38,425 nucleotides of DNA, taken from positions 1 through 38,425 of IMG/VR virus record IMGVR_UViG_3300038608_000020, one strand, 5' to 3'. Positions 27,965 through 36,341 of this stretch are shown in pieces. The notes below the pieces were generated by a model. The model made no database searches. It saw nothing but the letters and a program-made list of their open reading frames with translations, and was not told where the DNA came from. The position numbers and the translations under genes were made by a program. Each line of letters begins with the position of its first letter. Position 1 is the stretch's first letter. This DNA is from a virus. Lineage: Duplodnaviria > Caudoviricetes.

Positions 27965-27996
27965 GACAATATAGTCATAGATTGTCCGGGCGTCAA
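27965..27996 (-). promoter_or_regulatory. Sigma70 promoter with overlapping inverted repeat
   Basis: TTGACG-17-TATATT; GACAAT-N10-ATTGTC. Confidence 0.7.
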
Positions 27997-28262
27997 CTGC
28001 CTTTTTGCATCGTCGCTTTGAGCGCGCTGGTCAGCATCCGCATGTATCGGGCGTGACGATCCGGAAACGCTTCCTCAAGACTCCAGCCAGGATCACCGCA
28101 CATACCGCAATGTGCTGGCGTACATTGGCAAGACGGCTCATCTGGACAGTGTTTCTTGATAATTGCCCGAGCCTCTGCGCGAATTGCGGCCGACCTGCTC
28201 AGATAGCTCCGGCCCTTGGTTGGCGCGTAGTAAACCGCTGCCTGCCTGGTTGTTATGGTCAT
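27993..28262 (-). CDS. Hypothetical protein with a Cys cluster
   Basis: VYYAPTKGRSYLS; CQCTPAHCGMC; ATGA overlap. Confidence 0.65.
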   Translation of the reverse strand: MTITTRQAAVYYAPTKGRSYLSRSAAIRAEARAIIKKHCPDEPSCQCTPAHCGMCGDPGWSLEEAFPDRHARYMRMLTSALKATMQKGS

Positions 28263-29029
28263 TTGTCGGACTCCATCGCCTTGCGCAGCAATTCCTCATG
28301 CTTGCGCAGCCGCTCGTTGTGGTCGTCGATCTTCTGCTGAGCATCCATGGCGCGTTGTTGCTCGGCAGTCTTCTTGCCGGCTTCCAGTGACTCGCGTATC
28401 TGCTGCAAGTGGCTGCGGACTTTTTCGCTTTCTGGCGCAACCACTTTGCCAGTGATAAGCCCGGCGATCGCCTGACCATCCCGCGTCGGCTTCTGTGCGA
28501 TTTCGTGACTCAGAAACAAATTTGCCTTTTCCTGCGGTAATCGCTTGAGCTGTACAGCTTGGGCCAAGGCAGCATCACGCCGGCTTGCGTTGTACCCAAG
28601 AGACACGCGCCAGTTGACCGGATCACCAGCACGCCGGGCCTCATCGATAAACCGATCGTAAGCCGACATGAAAGCCATGCGCGCGCCTACCTTGTCGCCA
28701 GCATCCAGAACAGGGCGACAGGCGGCCATTGCCAACTGAATTTCATCAGTCATCACAACCGTTTCGTCTTCGTCTGCCGAACTCAGTCCAATTGCCCACG
28801 CCTCGTCTCTTGCAGGGCGTCCATCTGCTGCGGAAAGCACGCGGAGGATGTCACCCACGACCAAACGCCCCCTGGCTGTTCTACGCACCTCTGCGAGCGC
28901 CAGGCCGATTTTATCAATAGTGAATGCATTCAGGTCATTTGCCATCAAAGCAGCAGCAGCCGGCGTGATCTGTCCGCCGATCGCCTCCGCTGTCGCGCAG
29001 ATCATTTGCATTACTTTCGTCGCACTCAT
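28259..29029 (-). CDS. Replication accessory protein (lambda P-like helicase-loader position)
   Basis: Coupled to the initiator gene; DGRPARDEAW...DEDETVV...GARMAF motif. Confidence 0.65.
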   Translation of the reverse strand: MSATKVMQMICATAEAIGGQITPAAAALMANDLNAFTIDKIGLALAEVRRTARGRLVVGDILRVLSAADGRPARDEAWAIGLSSADEDETVVMTDEIQLAMAACRPVLDAGDKVGARMAFMSAYDRFIDEARRAGDPVNWRVSLGYNASRRDAALAQAVQLKRLPQEKANLFLSHEIAQKPTRDGQAIAGLITGKVVAPESEKVRSHLQQIRESLEAGKKTAEQQRAMDAQQKIDDHNERLRKHEELLRKAMESDK

Positions 29030-29940
29030 TGGCCGCCCCCTGCATACAGCTCGTTGTAAATCTTCAAGGCCTCGTCGGCCACATCGTAGTTAGCCTGGCT
29101 CTGGTCTATCTGCCGCGATCGCGTGTCGGTCATCTGGCGATTGGTTGCCCACTGCGTATGGATCGACTCGCAGTCTTTGACCAGAACCCCAAGCGGGTGA
29201 AGGTTCGACACGTAGAAGGTTTTATTCATGCCGAGGTAATACCCGGCAACATGCGGCGCGGCATCAGCACCTAGTCGCTGTACAAGCTGGTTAATCAGGG
29301 CGTTTGTTTTCGCATTGCGCACCGGCTCAGTGCCGTACCGATCGAAGTAGGCATTTGCGTATGCGTTCCATGTTTCGCCGGCCGCCTCTTGGGTTTCAGT
29401 TTTCCCCTTTGTCGATCGCCTTGGCTTTGCGCTCACCTCGACCTGACTTTGGGCAGTCGGAGCGACAGCGATCGGTAACGCTTTTGAATCAGTGTTGAGG
29501 GAATCAAGAGAGAGGGAATCAGGAATCAGAAGATCAAGAGAGAGGGAATCAGCCCGAGCGGTACTGATTCCATCGGTACTTGTTCCGATTTTATCGGTAG
29601 TGATACAACCCATTGAAAATGATGGTATTTCTGACGCTACCTCATTCTTGTGCGGATTCTGGTGTTTTGTGAAGTTGGCGATTTCTATGTACCGATTTTC
29701 TCCGTACGTGTACCGATAAATAAATCCAGACTCTTGCAGCCAACCGAGCATGGCTGGCATATCCAGTCCTTCCCTGTATGGGAATAGCTCTGCCTTGATG
29801 CGAAGCGGGCGGTCTTCTAGACGACCTTCCCGATCGGCCAAAAGCCAAAGCCCCTCGAAAAGCAGCGTATAGATAGGATCGGCGACCCCGAGAATTTCAT
29901 TCTTGAAAAGCGCCGGCTTGATGTTTCTTGCTCTAGCCAT
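29026..29940 (-). CDS. Replication initiator (lambda O-like)
   Basis: MARARNIKP...GLWLLADREGRLEDRP...FTKHQNPH winged-helix N-terminus; internal repeats. Confidence 0.85.
   Translation of the reverse strand: MARARNIKPALFKNEILGVADPIYTLLFEGLWLLADREGRLEDRPLRIKAELFPYREGLDMPAMLGWLQESGFIYRYTYGENRYIEIANFTKHQNPHKNEVASEIPSFSMGCITTDKIGTSTDGISTARADSLSLDLLIPDSLSLDSLNTDSKALPIAVAPTAQSQVEVSAKPRRSTKGKTETQEAAGETWNAYANAYFDRYGTEPVRNAKTNALINQLVQRLGADAAPHVAGYYLGMNKTFYVSNLHPLGVLVKDCESIHTQWATNRQMTDTRSRQIDQSQANYDVADEALKIYNELYAGGGQ
29471..29600. repeat. Putative replication origin iterons inside the initiator gene
   Basis: ATCAAGAGAGAGGGAATCAG at 29503 and 29533; GAATCA x5; ATCGGTA at 29471, 29572 and 29593. Confidence 0.65.
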
Positions 29941-29941
29941 T

Positions 29942-30000
29942 TGCTATAATTCCTGCTGTGATTGATCTACTAGACCGGCCCGCCAGCCGGTTTTTTTATT
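29942..30000 (+). ncRNA. Short antisense (OOP/ctRNA-like) transcription unit
   Basis: TGcTATAAT extended -10, then terminator ACCGGC-6-GCCGGT followed by a T run. Confidence 0.65.
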
Positions 30001-30166
30001 CCCCATTTTGCGCGATCGCCTCGCTTAGCCGGAAACGAATCAGGGTGCCGATTCGATGCTCTTTGAGCTTTCCGGCCTTACGCATGCGGCGGATTGTTTC
30101 GCGGGTGACTTGCAGCTTTTCTGCAAGCTGGCTGATGGTCAAAAGCGGCTCTTTGTGGTCTTCCAT
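29996..30166 (-). CDS. Xis/MerR-type (HTH_17-like) DNA-binding protein, start MEDHKEP
   Basis: LLTISQLAEKLQVTRETIRRMRKAGKL...RIGTLIRF; AGGTG RBS. Confidence 0.85.
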   Translation of the reverse strand: MEDHKEPLLTISQLAEKLQVTRETIRRMRKAGKLKEHRIGTLIRFRLSEAIAQNGE

Positions 30167-30196
30167 TGGTATCACCTGTTTGCGTTGTATTTGCTT

Positions 30197-30237
30197 ATTG
30201 TGGCATTGGTTGCCATGCATGGCAATGCGATCGGCAA
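30197..30237 (-). promoter_or_regulatory. Promoter with a palindromic operator
   Basis: TTGCCA-17-CACAAT; perfect 16-bp palindrome TTGCCATGCATGGCAA at 30210-30225. Confidence 0.7.
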
Positions 30238-30238
30238 T

Positions 30239-30262
30239 AAAAAGCCCCGTCGATCGGGGCTT
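30239..30262 (-). terminator. Intrinsic terminator (tR1-like)
   Basis: AAGCCCCG-ATCGA-CGGGGCTTTTT on the minus strand. Confidence 0.8.
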
Positions 30263-30275
30263 GGCTTACACCGCC

Positions 30276-30674
30276 CTAGCTGTTAGTGCTACTGCGGGCG
30301 GCGTCGATTGCGGCGTCAAGTTCTTCGCCTGCTCGGTATTCGTATTTAAAGTATCCGCCGACACCGGGAACAGAGTCATCGGCATCGATGTACTCAGTCT
30401 GCTTGTCGAGCACTAATGCCACGTCTTGATCTGGATTACGCAGCCACCGATACCGCTCAGCATCCACCTTCAACTCGCGCACATGCTGGAGCAGGGCTAG
30501 GATTGTGGCGGGGTTGGCGGTTGCTATGAACTTCGCGTCATCATCGCCAAGCATGTAATTATCATCTTGGATGTTGAGCTGTCCGAAACTTCTCTTGCGA
30601 TTCCACTCTACCGGAGTCGCCTTGCCTGCCAACTGCTCAAGCTCGGCCAGAAGCTCTTCTGTGATGTTGATCAT
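30276..30674 (-). CDS. Ead/Ea22-like protein (start MINITEE)
   Basis: KATP...DAKFIATANPATILALL...DAERYRWLR...LDAAIDAA motifs. Confidence 0.75.
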   Translation of the reverse strand: MINITEELLAELEQLAGKATPVEWNRKRSFGQLNIQDDNYMLGDDDAKFIATANPATILALLQHVRELKVDAERYRWLRNPDQDVALVLDKQTEYIDADDSVPGVGGYFKYEYRAGEELDAAIDAARSSTNS

Positions 30675-30823
30675 TAAATCACCTCTACATAGCCTGATAC
30701 GCTGATTAGTTGCCCCGTTCGAGTCCATGCGCGGGCGTACATGCCATCCATTCGCTCAAACTCAAGGATATGTCCGGCGAACTTGAATAGCTCGCCTCGG
30801 TTTAGGTTCCAGATGAGTGTCAT
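30674..30823 (-). CDS. 49-aa hypothetical protein MTLIWNLNRGELFKF... (not in the ORF track)
   Basis: Strong GGAGG RBS; TAATG overlap with the next gene. Confidence 0.6.
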   Translation of the reverse strand: MTLIWNLNRGELFKFAGHILEFERMDGMYARAWTRTGQLISVSGYVEVI

Positions 30824-30881
30824 TTAACAACCTCCATCCAGGCCTCGAATAGTTCGCGGCGGGATTGCTGAATTGATTTGG

Positions 30882-31163
30882 TCATTGGGGCTGCTCCTTT
30901 AGCGCTTTATCGACATATGCGCGGGCGTTGCGCTTGGCTTGGTCAATATCGGCGACCGGCGAGGCAAAAGTGTTGACGCTCAGTTCTCCTACGCTTGCCG
31001 TCCAGTACCAGCCTTTTTGGGCTGACTTCCAGCCGCCGCCGTTAGGGTAGATTCGCGCGAATTCTTCTTCGCCATCGTGCAAGATGTAGCCGCGATGACA
31101 GGCCCCAACAGCTGCAAGACCCTGTTCTTTCTCGCCAAGTTTCCAGCGTAATTTACCCTTCAT
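30882..31163 (-). CDS. Hypothetical protein
   Basis: ATGA overlap with cro; GWYW motif. Confidence 0.7.
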   Translation of the reverse strand: MKGKLRWKLGEKEQGLAAVGACHRGYILHDGEEEFARIYPNGGGWKSAQKGWYWTASVGELSVNTFASPVADIDQAKRNARAYVDKALKEQPQ

Positions 31164-31369
31164 ACATCACCCGCCTTTGCGGCCTTGCGCAGCTTCTTGG
31201 CGTCTTGCTCCAGTTGATCCGCGCGGGCCTTCATGGCAAGGCGAACGGAAGTGCGCCGGCTCTTTGGAACCTCAGCCCCCCACTGGCAGATCGCCTGCGG
31301 AGTGATGCCTATAGCCTTGGCCAGCTCTGTTTGGTCGCCAAAAAATTCAATCGTTTCGTCAGTCCGCAT
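31160..31369 (-). CDS. cro: Cro-like HTH regulator (start MRTDETIEFFG)
   Basis: FFGDQTELAKAIGITPQAICQWG..VP; AGGAG RBS; first gene after the divergent promoter. Confidence 0.88.
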   Translation of the reverse strand: MRTDETIEFFGDQTELAKAIGITPQAICQWGAEVPKSRRTSVRLAMKARADQLEQDAKKLRKAAKAGDV

Positions 31370-31395
31370 GGGGTTCTCCTGTGTGCGTTTCAGCA

Positions 31396-31458
31396 ATAAT
31401 AGCGCTTAATTTATTTTTAACAAGCTGTATTGACAGGTAAGAATGCCTGGCCCAATAT
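31396..31458. promoter_or_regulatory. Back-to-back divergent early promoters (pR-like and pL-like)
   Basis: Plus: TTGACA(31430)-17-CAATAT. Minus: TTGTTA(31423)-16-TATTAT. AT-rich core. Confidence 0.7.
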
Positions 31459-31506
31459 TGCCTCACCGCTGACGACAGCGGATCAATCAAGCAACGAGGG
31501 CGGCAA

Positions 31507-31885
31507 ATGAATATCGACAACCTGACCTACGGCGAACTGAAACAAATAGCGGCAATGTTTAGCGCGGTGCCAGCTGCCAACACGGCCGTGCAAGCGCCAA
31601 GCCTTGGCGGCATGATCGGCAAGAAGTGCATTGTCCGGACCTATGCAGCTGGCGTCTGGTTTGGCGAAGTCGAACAGAAGTCAGGCAATGAGGTAATCGT
31701 CAAGAATGCGCGCCGTATGTGGCGCTGGCATGCAGCCGAATCGGTAAGTCTGAGCGCTGTGGCTAACCACGGCATCAAGGAAAAGCAAAGCAAGATTGCC
31801 GAATCAGTTGCGAGTGTCTGGCTTGAAGCTATTGAGCTGATTCCGTGCACTGACAAAGCAATCGCCAGCATCGAAGGTGCGCCGA

Positions 31886-31902
<17 letters not shown>
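31507..31902 (+). CDS. DUF6948-like protein (possible Sm-like fold)
   Basis: IGKKCIVRTYAAGVWFG...VKNARRMWRW...SLSAVANHG...AIELIPC; GAGGG RBS. Confidence 0.75.
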
Positions 31903-32137
<235 letters not shown>

Positions 32138-32345
32138 CATAAAGCACCACTTGAGCGCATTGGAAACAGTGCGCTGCGGGGTGCGGATTTCACCGCATCA
32201 CAACCAGTTAGCCGCTGTTCTCTTGCGGAGACTGGGCAAGAAGGTAGCTGTATCGGATCAGGTGACGCAGGAGCGGAGCCGCCAGGTTGCTAGACCGAAG
32301 ATCAGCCGGCATGGCGTAAGCCGGTACTAATTCAGGAGAGACGGC

Positions 32346-32699
32346 ATGACATTGGCAGAGATTGAAGAATCAGTATTGCAGGCGCTGGACGAAGGGCACG
32401 AACCAACGATAGAGGCTTATGCAGAATTCGCAGCCGGTCACATTGATATGGGCGCGATGGCCGAAGAGCTGTGCTTGGCGGTGATCCACTGTGACCCCCT
32501 GTCGTTTCAGTCAGTGATGGCTGCGTTCCTGTTTGTGGCGCCCGATATAGGAGAGGCACTGGCCAAGATCGAACGCCACATTGAAGCACAGCGCAAACCC
32601 TTCGCAGCGGCGCAGGCTAGTGGTATCGACGATCAGAGCGAGCACAACCGGCATCTGCTGGCTGACTTGGAACGTGAATTAAACGCGGGGAGAGACTGA
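32346..32699 (+). CDS. Hypothetical acidic protein
   Basis: AGGAG RBS. Confidence 0.7.
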   Translation: MTLAEIEESVLQALDEGHEPTIEAYAEFAAGHIDMGAMAEELCLAVIHCDPLSFQSVMAAFLFVAPDIGEALAKIERHIEAQRKPFAAAQASGIDDQSEHNRHLLADLERELNAGRD

Positions 32700-33064
32700 T
32701 GAATAAGCATACGCCTGTGCCTTGGCACATTATTGGAGGCTACAACATCTACAGCGAGCTTGGCGGGCAGAGTGGTGATGGAGCTACCGCCGACGCGCGC
32801 GACGGTTGGCACATAGCTTCAATAGGCGAGGCGCCAACATCTGTGGACGGCGAAAGCGTTTATCTGGGCCGCGGTGTTCAGAAGGCAAATGCGCGATTGA
32901 TAGTCGCCGCGCCCGATCTGCTGGAGGCGCTTGAGGCCGCCATTGATTGCGAGATGGTTCCGAAGTCTTCTGCTCTTGAAGGTGGCGCAGTTTCATACAG
33001 CCGGCAGGTTGTAGTCGCTGACATGATCCGCGCCGCCATATCCCGCGCCCGAGGTGAAGCATGA
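32699..33064 (+). CDS. Hypothetical phage protein
   Basis: KHTPVPW...ANARLIVAAPDLLEALE motif. Confidence 0.8.
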   Translation: MNKHTPVPWHIIGGYNIYSELGGQSGDGATADARDGWHIASIGEAPTSVDGESVYLGRGVQKANARLIVAAPDLLEALEAAIDCEMVPKSSALEGGAVSYSRQVVVADMIRAAISRARGEA

Positions 33065-33354
33065 GTCAGTCAACGCTTGAGTGGCAGAAAGCCAAATCCG
33101 AGAAACTGTTACGCGATCAAGTGGAAGCCATAGGCCGCTCTCAATTTCCAGACGGAACGCTAACGCAGGGCATGGTTGAGGCCTTCTATGCCGTCGATCT
33201 GCTTAACGATACCGAGAAAGGCTATTGGGAGCGGCGCATTGATCTTGCAGTGCAAGGACGCAGGCAGGAATTGCGCAATGGGAAGCATGCGGCGCTGTTT
33301 GAGTTGCCTGCGCTGGTCGGCGGTGAGCTGATAGCTGTACAAGATCACAGTTGA
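33061..33354 (+). CDS. Hypothetical protein
   Basis: GAGGTG RBS; overlap with upstream gene. Confidence 0.7.
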   Translation: MSQSTLEWQKAKSEKLLRDQVEAIGRSQFPDGTLTQGMVEAFYAVDLLNDTEKGYWERRIDLAVQGRRQELRNGKHAALFELPALVGGELIAVQDHS

Positions 33355-33378
33355 CGTTAGCTATGGGTAGGTTATGAT
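33351..33378 (+). promoter_or_regulatory. Sigma70 promoter
   Basis: TTGACG-16-TATGAT. Confidence 0.7.
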
Positions 33379-33382
33379 TCTT

Positions 33383-33540
33383 GTGTCGCTAGCACCGACG
33401 CGCAATACAGCAGAAATGAGATGAACTCTAGGCAAAGACCGTTCAAGACTGGTCTGGGCCGGTAGGTATAGGGTTCGTTCGTCTCCCCTCTGCGTACCTG
33501 TCCCGGGTGCTACCCAGATCAGCCTTGAGCGGTTTTTTTA
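33383..33540 (+). ncRNA. C4/CI-type structured RNA ending in a long terminator-like hairpin
   Basis: About 105-nt hairpin with U tail; its unpaired segments are complementary to sites upstream and downstream. Confidence 0.6.
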
Positions 33541-33830
33541 CGCCTGTCTGATGCAGCGTTTACCAAGAGTCTCCTGCTGCGACAAAAAGCAAAACTCAAC
33601 AATCGATGTAGTGAATCTGCCAGTTCGACCTTTGACAACGGGGACGAACAGCGTTTTTAAGGCACGTCCGGCTAGCAGCATGCCGGCGAGGTGGGGGCTG
33701 GCACCGTCCTCTGTACAACGGTGAGCTGATACAGGGCTGGCAGGCCGATAGGCAACAAGATGACGCAGCATCCGTATAGGTGCCACAAGCGTTGTCTATG
33801 ACCCATCTACGACTAAAAAAGGGTTTAGCC

Positions 33831-34751
33831 ATGAGTAACATCGCAATAATCGAACAGGACATTTACGGCGCGCGCAATTCGTTCGCGTCCGTGCTGACTG
33901 ACCCGGCTCTCAACTTTGAGCGCGAGGCCGGCTTTGCCTTGCAGACTTTCCATAGCAACGACTTTGCCGCCAAGATTGCGATGAGCAATCGGCAGTCGGT
34001 CGTTAATGCCGTGACCAACATCGCCGCCATTGGCATCAGCTTGAACCCGGCAAAGCGCCAGGCTTATCTAGTGCCGCGCGATGGTCGAATCTGCCTGGAT
34101 ATCAGCTATATGGGGCTGATGGATTTGGCCATGGCTACCGGATCAATCAAGTGGGCGCAGGCTGAGCTTGTGTATGGCCTGGACAGCTTCGCGCTTAACG
34201 GTTTCGACCGCCCACCTACGCACACCTACAACCCTTTCGCCAAAGATCGCGGAGAAGTGGTCGGCTGTTATGTCGTGGTTAAGACTGCCGATGGCGACTA
34301 CCTGACTACCTGCATGAGTCGCGAGGATATCGACGGGATTATGAATCGCTCGCAATCGGTCAAGTCCGGCAAGTCGTCGCCCTGGAAAACCGACTATGGC
34401 GAAATGGCCAAGAAGACGGTCGTTAAGCGTGCCTACAAGTACTGGCCGAAGACCGAGCGACTAGACAAGGCCATCAATCATCTAAACACGGACAGCGGCG
34501 AAGGCCTGGCGACCATGGCCGGCGCGCAGCCTGGCGGTGACCTGGCAGACAAGTGGATTACCCAGGTCGTCAACAGCGAGTCGCTGGAGGCCCTGCAAAG
34601 CGTCTGGCTGGCCGGCAAAGCAGAAATGCAGGCCGCTATGGATGTTCACGCATTCGCAGCGCTCAAGAAGGCCGTAGAGCAGCGCAAGGCCGCATTAACC
34701 ACACAACAAGAACCGATTGAAGGCGAGGTGGACAATGGAACAGCTAACTGA
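33831..34751 (+). CDS. recT: RecT-family ssDNA annealing recombinase (start MSNIAII)
   Basis: GISLNPAKRQAYLVP...ISYMGL...PWKTDYGEMAKKTVVKRAYKYWP. Confidence 0.92.
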   Translation: MSNIAIIEQDIYGARNSFASVLTDPALNFEREAGFALQTFHSNDFAAKIAMSNRQSVVNAVTNIAAIGISLNPAKRQAYLVPRDGRICLDISYMGLMDLAMATGSIKWAQAELVYGLDSFALNGFDRPPTHTYNPFAKDRGEVVGCYVVVKTADGDYLTTCMSREDIDGIMNRSQSVKSGKSSPWKTDYGEMAKKTVVKRAYKYWPKTERLDKAINHLNTDSGEGLATMAGAQPGGDLADKWITQVVNSESLEALQSVWLAGKAEMQAAMDVHAFAALKKAVEQRKAALTTQQEPIEGEVDNGTAN

Positions 34752-35361
34752 GAGCTGGCGCACTGCCAGGCTGGGCCAGGTGACGGCCAGCAAGGTTAAA
34801 GACGTGATGGCCAGCGGGCGCAGCGGCGCACCATCTGCCACACGTACCAACTACATGATGCAGCTTCTGTGCGAGCGCCTTACTGGAACCTGGGAGGAAG
34901 GCTATACCAGCCCAGCAATGGCGCGCGGCACTGAGCTTGAGCCGGTCGCCCGCCTTGCCTATGAGCTGATGCAGGATTGTGAAGTCGAGGAAGTTGGCCT
35001 AATCCAGCACCCGAAAATTAAGCACTTGGCAGCATCTCCAGACGGCGTGATCGCTTTGCCAAATGGCCGTGGCGGCCTGGAAATCAAATGCCCGAACACC
35101 GCGCAGCACGTCGCGGTTATGCGCGCCGGAAAGCATGACAGTCAATATGAGTGGCAGATGCTGGCGCAGATGGCCTGCGCGGAACTGGAGTGGGTTGACT
35201 TCGTGAGCTTTGACGACCGGCTGCCAGAGTCATTGCAGTACGTTTGCCACCGATACCACCGCGACGAGGCGCGCATTCGCGAAATGGAAAAGGGAGTTAC
35301 CGAGTTCCTGGCTGAGCTGGCTGAGCTTGAGGCAGACATGCGCGAGCGGATGGCCAAGTGA
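34735..35361 (+). CDS. YqaJ / lambda-exonuclease family nuclease
   Basis: WRTARLGQVTAS, GTELEP, ASPDG, LEIKCP, QMLAQM and DFVSFDDR motifs. Confidence 0.92.
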   Translation: MEQLTESWRTARLGQVTASKVKDVMASGRSGAPSATRTNYMMQLLCERLTGTWEEGYTSPAMARGTELEPVARLAYELMQDCEVEEVGLIQHPKIKHLAASPDGVIALPNGRGGLEIKCPNTAQHVAVMRAGKHDSQYEWQMLAQMACAELEWVDFVSFDDRLPESLQYVCHRYHRDEARIREMEKGVTEFLAELAELEADMRERMAK

Positions 35362-35669
35362 TCACCGCCGCCGATTTGAAGCAATACGAATCGGCCGGCG
35401 TTGTGGCTGCTGCTCGGGCCTTGCATTTGCATACAACGACCGTGCATCGCCTGGCGTCACAGCTTGGCGTCACGTTCAAGACTTGCACCGAGCTCGAGCA
35501 GTACCGGCGCGAGAAAGTGCGCAGGGCGTTAGCCGGCAAGGTTCGCGCCCTGGCACTCAAGAGAATGTCACAACGCGAAATCTGCGAGCAGCTCGGCATT
35601 ACCAGGCAGGTGCTGCGGCACATCGCGGCCGAGCACCACATCTCGATAAACAGCCGCTCTTTGTACTGA
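35358..35669 (+). CDS. Double-HTH DNA-binding protein
   Basis: AAARALHLHTTTVHRLA and MSQREICEQLGITRQVL. Confidence 0.7.
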   Translation: MITAADLKQYESAGVVAAARALHLHTTTVHRLASQLGVTFKTCTELEQYRREKVRRALAGKVRALALKRMSQREICEQLGITRQVLRHIAAEHHISINSRSLY

Positions 35670-35681
35670 GCAGGGGAAACC

Positions 35682-36068
35682 ATGATTGACTTAAACAACG
35701 TCCAAGCCCGCGACGATTACCGGATTAACCTGGCCGCACAGATGGCCGCATTTGAAGAGCGATACGGCAAGGTGCAGACGCTGCCTATTCGCATTGGTGA
35801 CGCCCCTGTCGAAACGTTCAGTATCAACAGTCCTGGGAAGCCCAAGGCAGAAAAGCCAAGCCGCTCACTGCGCGCCCAAGACCATCAGCGGGTAACGCAG
35901 CGCACGCAGCGCAAGATGGATAACGTGCGGGCAATACGAGAGCTTGCCGGGAAAGGATTGAAGATAGCCGACATGGCCGAACAGTCAGGATTGACAGCCA
36001 AGTATGTGCAAAAAATCCTGAACGAACACGGCATAAAGCGCGGGCCTCAAACGAATATGGAGGGCTGA
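35682..36068 (+). CDS. Hypothetical protein with C-terminal HTH
   Basis: GLKIADMAEQSGLTAKYVQKIL; AGGGG RBS. Confidence 0.7.
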   Translation: MIDLNNVQARDDYRINLAAQMAAFEERYGKVQTLPIRIGDAPVETFSINSPGKPKAEKPSRSLRAQDHQRVTQRTQRKMDNVRAIRELAGKGLKIADMAEQSGLTAKYVQKILNEHGIKRGPQTNMEG

Positions 36069-36070
36069 GC

Positions 36071-36280
36071 ATGGCAGCCAAGACAGCAGCAGAGCGCAAA
36101 AAGGATCAGCGCGCACGCGAGAAGAAAGCCCTGGAAAAGCTAGGCGGTAGGCGCATCCAGTTCATCACCTACGGCGCGACCTTGGCAAAGCTTGAGGCCA
36201 TCAGTGCGGCAAATGGCTTTACCGGAAAGCAGAAGCTTGGCGAGGCGCTGACCTTTTTAGTTGAAAATCATAAATTGTGA
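36071..36280 (+). CDS. Small basic putative DNA-binding protein (RHH-like)
   Basis: KTAAERKKDQRARE motif; GGAGG RBS. Confidence 0.7.
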   Translation: MAAKTAAERKKDQRAREKKALEKLGGRRIQFITYGATLAKLEAISAANGFTGKQKLGEALTFLVENHKL

Positions 36281-36310
36281 CTTGTCACGATTAGAAAGAT
36301 TAGCTAGAGT
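36277..36310 (+). promoter_or_regulatory. Promoter with a GTGAC-N2-GTCAC operator
   Basis: TTGTCA-17-TAGAGT; palindrome at 36277-36288 covers the -35. Confidence 0.65.
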
Positions 36311-36341
36311 TAAGCCATCGAAACGAACAAAGGACGCGACC

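Noticed and set aside
29996-30166. HTH protein as a true excisionase implying integration
   Set aside because: No integrase or attP found; its position and operator fit a transcriptional regulator better
30820-30885. 21-codon mini-ORF MTKSIQQSRRELFEAWMEVVK
   Set aside because: Looks like a truncated gene remnant or translational coupler; too short to support as a feature
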